A stretch of 55,580 nucleotides of DNA. It comes from Octopus bimaculoides (lineage: Eukaryota). The notes under the pieces were generated by a model. The model was not told the origin of the DNA and ran no database searches. It saw only the letters and a list, made by a program, of their open reading frames with translations. Of the stretch, positions 1-12,757 are shown piece by piece. Location: NCBI RefSeq assembly GCF_001194135.2, contig NC_068993.1:11560557-11616136 (forward strand). The letters are read 5' to 3'. Position 1 is the first letter of the stretch. Each line of letters begins with the position of its first letter. Both the position numbers and the translations under genes were made by a program.

Positions 1-422
1 TATATATAAATTTACACACACGCATATATGTAATATTCATGTTTTTATGTATTTATATCGTCTATTGTTTTGGCTGTCCTCACCAGTTTTATTATGATTA
101 TAATCCAACATATCTAATAAAAATGTTACCCTCCATTCTCAATATTTGTAGTATTTATCAATCTGTAACTTGTTTTTCTTGATATTCATTCAAACCCATT
201 TTTTCCTGACTTTTTAATCTCCCTACTCCTTTTCCAATCCTTCATCACTCAAATAATCTCACACCTCATCATTGTGTCAATAGTAAGCTCTTTTTCTATT
301 AATTAATCGAAATATTTCATTGCGCTTCTTGTATTACTTCTTCTTCATGACTATAATGACTTGACTTCAGTGTCATTGCACCGACTCTAATAATGATGTT
401 TACTTATTTCCTTTCTATTGTT

Positions 423-494
<72 letters not shown>

Positions 495-509
495 NNNNNN
501 NNNNNNNNN

Positions 510-537
<28 letters not shown>
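423..537. repeat. (CA)n and (TA)n microsatellites flanking a short assembly gap
   Basis: Directly visible; typical of the 20 gaps, most of which are bounded by dinucleotide runs. Confidence 0.95.
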
Positions 538-540
<3 letters not shown>

Positions 541-1688
541 TCTTCCATATGCATATCAAATTACGTGAATCTTCATTTGCGTTTAACAGATCAGGAGAGT
601 AGGCTTTGCATTTTTAAGAATAACATAACTTGATCGTTACGTATATGATATTATACAATGGCTTACCGGAAAAAACAGATCAGCGTCAGTGATGAAATAA
701 ATATTGACATATTTTTTGTACCTGGAGAGAAACCTGTGCTTATGACACTGTGTTTATCCAGGTGTTGACATGTCATGCTTACATACCTCCTACACTCATG
801 TGTATTAATATGTTAATATGTGTATTAACATTCATATGCTTAATTCTTTACATCCAGTTTCATTTAAGTTTAACAACTTATGAGAGTACAAGATACATAT
901 TTTATGAATAACATTTATTTAGAGCTAAATACATAATATTTACAACGAGAAACTACACAAAATAAACGATGTAGCGAATAAAGGTGTTATTTTTTTCTAG
1001 CTAGACAAAAGCTTATGTTTATCACACGAATAAGTTTATACAACTGTTGTCATAACACGCAAACACACACTTATATAGAGGCCTGCGAGCGTAAACGCAC
1101 CCACACAGGCACGTATATATATATATATATATATATNNNNNNNNNNNNNNNNNNNNNNNNNNNNNNNNNNNNNNNNNNNNNNNNNNNNNNNNNNNNNNNN
1201 NNNNNNNNNNNNNNNNNNNNNNNNNNNNNNNNNNNNNNNNNNNNNNNNNNNNNNNNNNNNNNNNNNNNNNNNNNNNNNNNNNNNNNNNNNNNNNNNNNNN
1301 NNNNNNNNNNNNNNNNNNNNNNNNNNNNNNNNNNNNNNNNNNNNNNNNNNNNNNNNNNNNNNNNNNNNNNNNNNNNNNNNNNNNNNNNNNNNNNNNNNNN
1401 NNTATATATATACATATATATGAAGTTGGATTTACCCATGTTTGTAGTAAGCTTCGCTGATTTGTCTATTTGTAGTGAAGCACTTTCGGCTTTGTAGTCC
1501 TCACTCCACAGGGGAATGTATTATGTTGCTGTTTTCTGCATGTAGACAGACAGTTTTCTGCTTAGGTCTATGTGACCGAGACATAGACCGCCGTCGAATA
1601 ATGTCAAATTAAACCCAAATTGGTTACTGTACTTACAAACAATCAGATGCGATTTCAACATCATATCTTATTTAATATTTCGATAAAT

Positions 1689-1790
1689 TCAGTACCAGTT
1701 GCGTACTGAGATCTATCTAATCAGTTGGCCCCCTCCTCCAAAATTGCAGACCCCATGCTTATATTAGAAAGGATTATTATTATTATTACC
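1689..1790 (+). mobile_element. 3' half of SINE family A (Meta/MESC-like core) ending in (ATT)n
   Basis: AGTACCAGTTGCGTACTGAGATCTATCTAATCAGTTGGCCCCCTCCTCCAAAATT matches the 3' part of other A copies (e.g. reverse complement of 21054-21130). Confidence 0.7.
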
Positions 1791-1792
1791 AT

Positions 1793-1965
1793 ATGGTGGT
1801 GGGATGGCAGAATTGTCATCGCGATTCGCCTTTAGGTTCTGAGTTCAAACTCCACCGATGCCGACTTAAACTTCCATCATTTCAGGGTTGAAAAAGAAAG
1901 TACCTGTTATGCACTCCGGTCAATATAATCGACTCTTCCCTCACCACAAAGTTATTATCATCTTG
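1793..1965 (+). mobile_element. Degraded SINE family A copy
   Basis: GGATGGCAGAA head, GTTCTGAGTTCAAACTCC B-box-like segment and CTTCCATCATTTCAGGGTTGAAAAAGAAAGTACC core, all alignable to better-preserved copies in the window. Confidence 0.65.
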
Positions 1966-2595
1966 TCTTCATTAAAAATTTTAATTTAATTTATTATACT
2001 ATTATTGTTTTCTTCACCAGATTTATTTTGTTGGGCACTATTATTGACTATTATATAAACGTACTTAGAAGACGAACTTTTAATTAAGGCGATAAGTTCA
2101 ATTTATCCATTCCAGACTGATAATGTTTTGTACTGCAATCCTGCTGTTAAATTAGATAAATATGAAAATCGTCTGTACGTACTACATGGCGGTATTCGTC
2201 CCTCATTGACAAATACTATAATAATTTTAACGGGAACATAGCCAAAGTTAGCCTTAGCTGTTCGAATCTTCAATAATCAAGTCTTGAATTATGAATCACA
2301 AAAGGAAGCATGAAATTGCAGGACTTGGAAATACTCTCAATTGAATGGCAAATTTATTTTAAAAATCAAACAATGCTTAATTCTGTTGCAATATTGTCTA
2401 AAATAGTAGTATAAACGAAAGAAATGCTAAGTCATGTTCTGGGAAGTAACCTTGAAGGCAACCGCGTGACAACCTTTTAGAAAGTAGCAACCTAAAGAAA
2501 TGTTTTTGGTAGATAGTAAGGTATGTCTGTTAAAATAAATTTATTTTCAATGCGCAATAGCCAAATGTCAGCAATCTAAGATAAAATAGGCCTGC

Positions 2596-2938
<343 letters not shown>

Positions 2939-5162
2939 GCAGAATAAGAAGGAAAAGATATTAATATTTGAATAGATTACTGCTCTTAAATTAGTCATGT
3001 AACGCATTGAATATCAGGTAATATTTTTTTAGATGAATTTAAGTGCCGATTTAGTTCGTAGAATACAATATGGACTTTACAAATGAAAACAATATAACAT
3101 AATATATATAAATTTAGCAGTAGGTATGAGACTACAGACTTTGTTCTACGCTTGCATACATACAAAATTAATTTCGTATTGTATATTCTTACGAAAGACA
3201 TATGTCATTGTACAGAAAGTTATGAACGGAAATTTCAGTGAAAAGAGATTATATAAGCTTTTTTTCTAACAGCGCGGATTTAATAACGCAGAAATACTGT
3301 AATGAAACGAATTAAAATTAATATAATTATATATCAGCATGTTGGAAAGTATATGAATAATTAAAATAAAAAAAAAAACATTCCCTTTCAACACTAAACA
3401 CAACAGGATGAGACACATGGAATCGAAGAATCGCTGAAGAGGTCAAAGGTGTGTGACAAAAGATTTCTGGACAATGGCCATACGATAAAATTCCCCCTCG
3501 AGTATTCATTAAATGTGAAAATCATTAGTAAAATATGCTACCCTCAAAACACACCTTTAAAAACCCTCAAAATCCCCGTCGCCGATTTTGAGGGTTCTCC
3601 GAAGAAGAATACGTAAGAAAAAAAAGTAATGTTAAAAATCTCATTAAAGAAGAACGAATATGGTATTGCTACTTTATCTCACAAAATATGAATACATGTG
3701 AGTCAAGACTGTTCGAATTGTGGTTATGGGAAATTTTAAAATGTTTAATGTTTGCTGGCCAAGTACCTATATAGCTCATTATTTGTCGGAGAAGAAAAGA
3801 TCAGCAGATGAGGTATGCCTGCCAGGAATTTATAGTTTATTCATCAAAATACTATCCAACATTGTTTCTGGAATATCTATAATAGGCAGTTATCATGAAA
3901 AGTATAAATCATGTAATTCATATAAAATTTGGGAAACGTTTACCCATGAACTACTAGTGAATTGACCAGCCCACATATTAACGAGATAGTAATTAATAAT
4001 GCGAATATAGGCAAAAGCACGTCATCTGCCTGAATTGATTAAGCGAAAAACCTTTGAAGCTATCCCTTACGATTGAATTATTAAATAATAAAATGTCAAC
4101 TTGACGTCGTATTGATGAGTATAATTAAACAACAAAGACACCTGTAGTCTCAGTTAATAAGATCAATATGAACGTACGCATCAAGATATAGCAGTTAAAA
4201 GCGTCAGCATAAATACAGCATTTGTACTTGAGAAATATAATGTGATATGATGTGGTGAAAACCGACGAAAGAAAATAAAATGTGTGTATGTGTGTATGTA
4301 CATATATGAGTGTATAAAAGCATTTAGAAGGGAAATTCAGTATCAATATTTTGATGGTAAATATTTAAAATATAAACGGAATCGAAAATCAAGAATTATA
4401 TTGTACGTCCTAAACACTTTCCCACAACCGTCATTTGTTTCCATATATATATATATATATATATATNNNNNNNNNNNNNNNNNNNNNNNNNNNNNNNNNN
4501 NNNNNNNNNNNNNNNNNNNNNNNNNNNNNNNNNNNNNNNNNNNNNNNNNNNNNNNNNNNNNNNNNNNNNNNNNNNNNNNNNNNNNNNNNNNNNNNNNNNN
4601 NNNNNNNNNNNNNNNNNNNNNNNNNNNNNNNNNNNNNNNNNNNNNNNNNNNNNNNNNNNNNNNNNNNNNNNNNNNNNNNNNNNNNNNNNNNNNNNNNNNN
4701 NNNNNNNNNNNNNNNNNNNNNNNNNNNNNNNNNNNNNNNNNNNNNNNNNNNNNNNNNNNNNNNNNNNNNNNNNNNNNNNNNNNNNNNNNNNNNNNNNNNN
4801 NNNNNNNNNNNNNNNNNNNNNNNNNNNNNNNNNNNNNNNNNNNNNNNNNNNNNNNNNNNNNNNNNNNNNNNNNNNNNNNNNNNNNNNNNNNNNNNNNNNN
4901 NNNNNNNNNNNNNNNNNNNNNNNNNNNNNNNNNNNNNNNNNNNNNNNNNNNNNNNNNNNNNNNNNNNNNNNNNNNNNNNNNNNNNNNNNATATATATATA
5001 TATATATAATATACTATCCTGTCATTAGGAGATGTATGAAAGTTCCGCAATTTCGTGCTGAAAAACCACGCAGATGATATGTTTATAGTGATCAAATTTT
5101 TGAGTTCACATAAGCTCACTTACTCTGTCGGATGACGAAATGGTCGCAGACAAAGGTACAAA

Positions 5163-5265
5163 AATGTGTTTTGCACAAGAACAAAACGCAATGCCCAGTT
5201 TGGAAATCGGAATCACGATCTCGCAAATGTGAGTGAAACAGTCTAACCACTAAGCCACGAGCCTT
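5163..5265 (-). mobile_element. 5' part of tRNA-derived SINE family C
   Basis: Minus strand reads GGCTCGTGGCTTAGTGGTTAGA (A-box-like) ... GTTCTTGTGCAAAACACA, similar to the head of the 30905-31236 copy. Confidence 0.6.
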
Positions 5266-5269
5266 TACA

Positions 5270-5460
5270 CCTACCTACTTACCTATCTACCTACCTACCT
5301 ACCTATCTACCTGCCTACCTACCTACCTACATACGTACATACTTATCTATCTATCTATCTATCTATCGAGATAGGTATATAAATAGATAGATTGATAGAT
5401 GGATAGATAGATATGTAGAAAGATAACTAGCTAGCTACATAGATAGATAGATAAACAAAT
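5270..5460. repeat. (CCTA)n/(CTAT)n/(GATA)n tetranucleotide repeats
   Basis: Directly visible. Confidence 0.9.
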
Positions 5461-6028
5461 ATATATAGAATGCAACTGGGGTGTGAATGGGCCCCAGGTT
5501 CTCATTGAGAGCTTTCAGTAGAAGATTGTGTCAGCAGAGGGATTATATGAAAGTTCCTTGCCGTACAAAAATGTGCATCAAAACATCAATTTATTTTTAT
5601 ATAAAAAGCTCTAACCCGAATGTTTATAACGTTAGTTGTATGGTTCTACATCAAAAATATCGCGGTGCACCCGGTCGAGGGGGCACCTTCATTCCAAGTT
5701 CATTCAGCATTAGCCAACCAACGCTGCAGTAAATGATTGAGACCCGCGAATTATGGGTATATATGTATAACTCGCGGTGTGTTCCTCACTACGTATACGT
5801 GTAAATGTTTGCATGGCATGCATGTGTGAGTATTTGCATATACTCATGTGTGATTCTGTGTGAGTATTTGCATATATTTTTGTTTGTATGTCTGTATTGT
5901 TTGTGTGTGGATGTGTGTGTATATGTGTCATAAATGCTTTTCTCTCATTTTCTCTTTCTCACTCTCTCTATCTTTGTGTCTATTTATCTGTCGATCTATC
6001 TAACTTTATATAAGTGCGTGTGCATGTA

Positions 6029-6031
<3 letters not shown>

Positions 6032-6083
<52 letters not shown>

Positions 6084-6121
6084 ATGTGTGTGTGTCTGTG
6101 TGTATAAATATATATATTAAC

Positions 6122-6177
<56 letters not shown>

Positions 6178-6215
6178 ATGTGTGTGTGTCTGTGTGTATA
6201 AATATATATATTAAC

Positions 6216-6250
<35 letters not shown>
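6032..6250. repeat. (TA)n/(TG)n block with an exact ~52-bp duplication at 94-bp period
   Basis: TGTATGTGTGTATG...TATATTAACGTA occurs at about 6073-6124 and 6167-6218. Confidence 0.9.
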
Positions 6251-6923
6251 TATATATAAACGTGTGTATATACATACAATAATGCGCGTATGTATTTATG
6301 AGTATATACGCATTTCATGGCGTATGAATATTTATTTCTAGTCACGCTATGCGGTCACGTCATGCAAACACATCCTTTTGATGTTGCGAATGCAATGTTG
6401 GACGGTAAAACAAACAGTTAAAACAGGAAGTTGAACTGGGAATTCATGGAACGAAGCATCTTGCTCCGACATGATATACAAAACACTTATAATAAGAAAC
6501 GAATGTATGAGATATCATCGTTCAATAATATATCAACACGCGCAAATGAAGTGAAGCGTTATGCATACATATGTATACAATGGACTGAGAATAATATATA
6601 CAGTAACATCTGTATACATCATTTGTTCTCCCTGTATATCTATCTCATTTAGTGAGTCTAGTCGAGTATTTGTTTCCCTATAAGATATTGTGTTTAGACT
6701 GGGACATATACATCGTAAGTGAAACAAATATCGCTGATACGAAAATGAGAAAAATATATGAAGAATAAAAGTCAATCATGGGGAAAAATAGGGGTATAGA
6801 TGGACGAGATAGTGATACGTAACTTTGCATATACAGAACTACACACAGACACAGACACGCACAGACGCACACACAGGAACTAATGATACATAAATATCAC
6901 ATACACAAAGACATGCTATATAC

Positions 6924-6960
<37 letters not shown>

Positions 6961-7991
6961 NNNNNNNNNNNNNNNNNNNNNNNNNNNNNNNNNNNNNNNN
7001 NNNNNNNNNNNNNNNNNNNNNNNNNNNNNNNNNNNNNNNNNNNNNNNNNNNNNNNNNNNNNNNNNNNNNNNNNNNNNNNNNNNNNNNNNNNNNNNNNNNN
7101 NNNNNNNNNNNNNNNNNNNNNNNNNNNNNNNNNNNNNNNNNNNNNNNNNNNNNNNNNNNNNNNNNNNNNNNNNNNNNNNNNNNNNNNNNNNNNNNNNNNN
7201 NNNNNNNNNNNNNNNNNNNNNNNNNNNNNNNNNNNNNNNNNNNNNNNNNNNNNNNNNNNNNNNNNNNNNNNNNNNNNNNNNNNNNNNNNNNNNNNNNNNN
7301 NNNNNNNNNNNNNNNNNNNNNNNNNNNNNNNNNNNNNNNNNNNNNNNNNNNNNNNNNNNNNNNNNNNNNNNNNNNNNNNNNNNNNNNNNNNNNNNNNNNN
7401 NNNNNNNNNNNNNNNNNNNNNNNNNNNNNNNNNNNNNNNNNNNNNNNNNNNNNNNNNNNNNNNNNNNNNNNNNNNNNNNNNNNNNNNNNNNNNNNNNNNN
7501 NNNNNNNNNNNNNNNNNNNNNNNNNNNNNNNNNNNNNNNNNNNNNNNNNNNNNNNNNNNNNNNNNNNNNNNNNNNNNNNNNNNNNNNNNNNNNNNNNNNN
7601 NNNNNNNNNNNNNNNNNNNNNNNNNNNNNNNNNNNNNNNNNNNNNNNNNNNNNNNNNNNNNNNNNNNNNNNNNNNNNNNNNNNNNNNNNNNNNNNNNNNN
7701 NNNNNNNNNNNNNNNNNNNNNNNNNNNNNNNNNNNNATATATATATATATATATATATATATAATCAGGTATGTTTTTATATATGTACGCATATAACACA
7801 TATACATAAGTAACATCATGACATAGATTGATGTGTGTATTTGTGTGCATGTGGGCATGCGTCATATGTGTGCCTGTCTATGTATATGCGAACGGAGAAG
7901 TGAAAGAAACGGAGATATAGAGAGTGGAAGAATATAGTAAAAGAAAGATAAAGATAGACGCACTCACACGCACTCACATACACATGTATTG

Positions 7992-8028
<37 letters not shown>

Positions 8029-9356
8029 GAGAGAGAGAGAGAAAGAGAGAGGAGTGGGAGAGAAAGAGAGATAAAAAGAGAGAGCGAGAGAGAACTAACA
8101 ATAGACTAATACGTATTCAGATGAAACGCAGTTTTCATGTTCATACTTGTTTAATATTGCGTGTTGCATGCTATGTATAGGTACGACTGTTATTGCTATA
8201 CAATAATGAAATTGAAGACTATGAGGAGTTAAAAATGAAAACAAATACATAAAACCAAAGAAGATAATGGCGAAAGCAAAATAGGAATAANNNNNNNNNN
8301 NNNNNNNNNNNNNNNNNNNNNNNNNNNNNNNNNNNNNNNNNNNNNNNNNNNNNNNNNNNNNNNNNNNNNNNNNNNNNNNNNNNNNNNNNNNNNNNNNNNN
8401 NNNNNNNNNNNNNNNNNNNNNNNNNNNNNNNNNNNNNNNNNNNNNNNNNNNNNNNNNNNNNNNNNNNNNNNNNNNNNNNNNNNNNNNNNNNNNNNNNNNN
8501 NNNNNNNNNNNNNNNNNNNNNNNNNNNNNNNNNNNNNNNNNNNNNNNNNNNNNNNNNNNNNNNNNNNNNNNNNNNNNNNNNNNNNNNNNNNNNNNNNNNN
8601 NNNNNNNNNNNNNNNNNNNNNNNNNNNNNNNNNNNNNNNNNNNNNNNNNNNNNNNNNNNNNNNNNNNNNNNNNNNNNNNNNNNNNNNNNNNNNNNNNNNN
8701 NNNNNNNNNNNNNNNNNNNNNNNNNNNNNNNNNNNNNNNNNNNNNNNNNNNNNNNNNNNNNNNNNNNNNNNNNNNNNNNNNNNNNNNNNNNNNNNNNNNN
8801 NNNNNNNNNNNNNNNNNNNNNNNNNNNNNNNNNNNNNNNNNNNNNNNNNNNNNNNNNNNNNNNNNNNNNNNNNNNNNNNNNNNNNNNNNNNNNNNNNNNN
8901 NNNNNNNNNNNNNNNNNNNNNNNNNNNNNNNNNNNNNNNNNNNNNNNNNNNNNNNNNNNNNNNNNNNNNNNNNNNNNNNNNNNNNNNNNNNNNNNNNNNN
9001 NNNNNNNNNNNNNNNNNNNNNNNNNNNNNNNNNNNNNNNNNNNNNNNNNNNNNNNNNNNNNNNNNNNNNNNNNNNNNNNNNNNNNNNNNNNNNNNNNNNN
9101 NNNNNNNNNNNNNNNNNNNNNNNNNNNNNNNNNNNNNNNNNNNNNNNNNNNNNNNNNNNNNNNNNNNNNNAAATGCGAAGAAAGCTGTTCCTACTTAGCT
9201 ACAGACGTGACCTATTAATTCTCTTGTTATATCATCTATGGAGGAAATGCCTATGCTTGCACAGTTGCGTACATTCTTACATACATACATACATACATAC
9301 ATGCATATATACATACACACACATATAGATAGATATACATATAGGTATATTGTACC

Positions 9357-9490
9357 TTTTCTACTCTAGGCAGGAGGCCCGAAATTTTGGGGTAGGGGGG
9401 CCAGTTGATTAGATCGGCTGCAGTACGCAACTGGTACTTAATTTATGGACTCCGAAAGGATGAAAGATAAAGTGGACCTCCGCGGAATTT
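9357..9490 (-). mobile_element. 5'-truncated SINE family A copy
   Basis: TTTCTACTCTAGGCAGGAGGCCCGAAATTTTGGGG...CTGGTACTTAATTTATGGACTCCGAAAGGATGAAAG is the reverse complement of the family core and tail. Confidence 0.85.
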
Positions 9491-9614
9491 CATCATTCTC
9501 ATCATTTTAACATACAAACATTTTCTCTTTTCTCTATCTACTTAATACTACCACTACTTTCTCAAAATGTCCTTCACACTACAACACCACTTTCAATGAA
9601 CAGCACAAGGAATT

Positions 9615-9879
9615 GAAAGGATTGAGGTAACTCCTTCTGAAGATATAGAGTCAAGAATGAAAAGAAAGGGTGCCATTGTTATCTAGTAAACGATATTTCG
9701 ACATCTTGTCGACATCTTTTAATTTTGACTCTATATCTTCCAGAGGAGTTACCTCAATCCTTTCTATATTAACCAATATGAAGTAGATTGACAAATTTAT
9801 TTTTTGAACCTGTTGAAGACACACAAGGTGTCGAAATATCGTTCACTAGATGACAATGGCACTCTTCTTTTAATGTTTA

Positions 9880-9933
<54 letters not shown>

Positions 9934-9977
9934 GATTATTATTATTATCATCATCATTAGTAGTAGTAGTAGTAGTA
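9615..9977 (+). mobile_element. Penelope-like terminal repeat or retrozyme-like unit with an inverted permuted partial copy and (ATT)n tail
   Basis: Inverted repeats 9615-9654/9725-9764 (37/40) and 9660-9709/9823-9871 (~45/50); hammerhead-like motif at 9805-9845; (ATT)n from about 9880. Confidence 0.6.
9805..9845 (+). ncRNA. Minimal type-I hammerhead-ribozyme-like motif (A6U core variant)
   Basis: Helix I UGAAC/GUUCA; core CUGUUGA plus extra A; helix II GACAC/GUGUC with ACAAG loop; GAA-AUAU-C with palindromic helix III; predicted cut after C9840. Confidence 0.55.
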
Positions 9978-10594
9978 CATCCGAAAGAGTTTTGTTGAGA
10001 TAGAAATGTCAATCTTCCTTCATTCACTCGTGATAAAGGCTTTTAAAACCCGAAATATTAAAATATAATTTAAATGTGTAAACTATTGTTTGGCTTTATT
10101 ATACATCTGTTTTCATTCCTATATATGCAACTTCAATATTATCGACTTTCTAAACCAATTGTAAAATTTACAGTTATGTACGTTTCTTTAATAGGTGTGT
10201 TCATGTGAATCACATATCATGAAATTGCGCTTATGTGTTATCCTTCTTGGCTCATTATATGCATGTTTAAGAAGCCGTGTATGCATTTTATATATTGTTC
10301 TAATGGCGTGTATCGTTTTAATTGTGCGTACAATCGAGCGCGTTTGTTAAATAGTATTACTTGAGGATGTGTGTATGTATACTTGCTACAATAAGATGTA
10401 GATTGTTTCAGTAGAGTAAGTTAATGGTATTTGCGAGTAATTTATGCGGCGCTCGTGTCTTGTGAGTGTTGCGAATAGATGTACATACTGTTTTATCCAT
10501 GTTGCTCAGATACCAACAACGAAAAGAGACTCATTGCGAACTGAATATAACAGAAATGCTCCGAGATTAACAGAGTTGAATATGGCCAATACTA

Positions 10595-10825
10595 TTTTCT
10601 ACTCAAGAAACAAGGCCCGGACTTTTGTGGGAGGGGGCCAGTCGATTAGCTCGACCACTGTACGCAATTGGTATTTAATTTATCGACCCCGAAAGGATGA
10701 AAGGCAAAGTCGACCTCGGCAGAATTTGAACTCAGAACGTAAAGACAGACGAAATAGTACGAAGTATTTCGCCTGCTGTGCTAACGGTTCTTATTTCTTT
10801 ATTGCCCAAAAAGGGCTACACACAA
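10595..10825 (-). mobile_element. SINE family A, 5'-truncated dimer
   Basis: A-family body and tail at 10595-10787 joined to ~38 bp of the other monomer's tail; candidate 7-bp TSD AATACTA at 10588-10594 and 10826-10832. Confidence 0.85.
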
Positions 10826-11029
10826 AATACTACTTAAGTATCTGTGGTTATTCTTCTGAGGTGGAACAATCTTCATGTGATTCCAATTCTGAGGTACGTT
10901 CCCATACAGTTACTTTTGAATGCTGTCATGAATAAAGAAAAAACAACGCCTGTTTGCTCTTATTTCAACAGAAGAAGGTCCGGATAAATTACGATTAAAG
11001 TACACTCTAGATTTTATTTTGTCACACAA

Positions 11030-11290
11030 AGATTCATGTCAGAAAACCTGTTGCGACAACCAGACTTCTTCATTACATCTTATAGTATTGATCTTTGTTG
11101 TGTAACGCCTTGGTTAGATCAGCAAAGCATTGATAAAAATCAGCATTCGTTAATTTCCTCTTTCTGCTCTGAAACCATATTGCATATCTGGAAGAATGTC
11201 ATTCGCTGCTGTGGAAATCAATTTGTTTAGCAGATCACTTGTGGAAACTTGGTCCATTATAGAGAGCAACAATATGCTGGGAAAGATTCG
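11030..11290 (-). mobile_element. Degraded LINE reverse-transcriptase fragment (RTE-like)
   Basis: Minus-strand pieces LLSI...LLNKL...DILPDMQYGFRAERG, FADLTKAL and KSGC..RFSDM match the non-LTR RT motifs ILPESQCGFR..RG, F.DL.KAFD and K.GCP..F; stops and frameshifts present. Confidence 0.75.
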
Positions 11291-11452
11291 CACGCGCACA
11301 CACGCGTGCACCCCACCACACACAAATAGCGATAGAATTGAAAACAAATTAAAAACAGTTGACGAGCGAGGTTAAATTGGACAAAAAATCTTACGAGTGG
11401 AGTACACACACATACACACATACACACATACACACATACACACGTACCTACG

Positions 11453-11483
<31 letters not shown>

Positions 11484-12353
11484 ATCAAGAGAAATTTTGA
11501 GACGTTTATCATTGAAAAGTTTAAAAGAATAGGTGGGGGTTGAGATAAACAGGTTAATGAAAAAAGGCCTTATATCGCAATATGTTGCTATGTATACATC
11601 TTATAATGCAGCTCGTCTAGAAAGAATGGAATGATATGGAGAACATAAGGAACATCTAAAGAGAAAAAGACAGAAATTAGCGAAAGGATGGTAGATGTAT
11701 AATAATTGCATTGAATATATTTGTAAGCATCCACTATTGCAATAAAATATCTGTTGCGTGTAATAGAGATAATGAATTGAATACCACACGGGGCTATATT
11801 CAATGCAATGACTACCCCATGCAACTATAGGGTTTATATCATATAACTATATAATCAATTAACTATAGGGCGCTTTGTAATCGAATGTAAAAATAAAGTT
11901 TGTGCATACAAAATGAAGTCAGCTCAGAAGGAATAATATCCCGCGTTTCTTAGAATTACATCAATCCCAAACTTAGATATTTACATTTGGTATGCTCTAA
12001 TATTTCGCTCTTTGCATTGAAATCAACATTGGTTTTCTTTTGTTTGTTGTTTGTTTGTTTAAAACCCATATATATATATATATATCATGACAATAACGTG
12101 TGTGTTCTATTGACTTCTTTCTGGAAGGTATGTTTAAAAATTGATTCACTAACGAGTGACACATAAACGTGATAAAGAAAGAGATTGTGACTTCTCAAGC
12201 TGTAACGACTGGAAGTATGTAAATTGGGGTGTTAACTATTGTATAAAAGAGATTGGATTGAATGATAGAAATTAGCAGTAGTTTCGTAAAATCAATGCAA
12301 TATAATACGAAACTCGTGGCGGGCACAACTGGTAGTACAGCGGGTATGAATAT

Positions 12354-12757
12354 GCTTTTCTAATCTAGGCACAAGACCCGACATGTTTGGGGAGGAGCGA
12401 GTTGATTAGATCGACTCCAGTACGAAGCTGGTACTTAATTTATCACCGCCGATAGGATGAAAGGCACCGTCGACCTCGGCGGATTTGAACTCAACGTAAA
12501 GACAGACGAAATACCACAAAGCATTTAGCTTGGCGTGCTAACGTTTCTTATTTCTGTACTGCCCATAAGGAACTAAACATAGAGGGGACAAACAAGGACA
12601 AAGGGATTAAGTACGTAACTGGTAGTTAATTTATCGACCCCGAAAGGATGAAAGGCAAAATCGACCTCGGCGGAATTTGAACTCAGAACGTAACGGCAGA
12701 CGAAATACCGCTAAGAATTTCGCCCGCCGTTCTTACGTTTCTGCCAGCTCGACGCCT
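12354..12757 (-). mobile_element. Full dimeric SINE family A
   Basis: Head GGCGTCGAGCTGGCAGAAACG, two cores (TCGACCTCGGCGGA occurs twice), junction at 12544/12545; GGTATGAATAT repeated at 12343-12353 and 12765-12775. Confidence 0.9.

Noticed and set aside
2019-2100. Good plus-strand acceptor followed by FILLGTIIDYYIN
   Set aside because: Weak donor, in-frame stop soon after, and only vague resemblance to membrane proteins.
3425-3470. CTGAAGAG-GTCA...TGAC-AAAA hammerhead-like start
   Set aside because: G12 is absent and there is no correctly placed NUH site.
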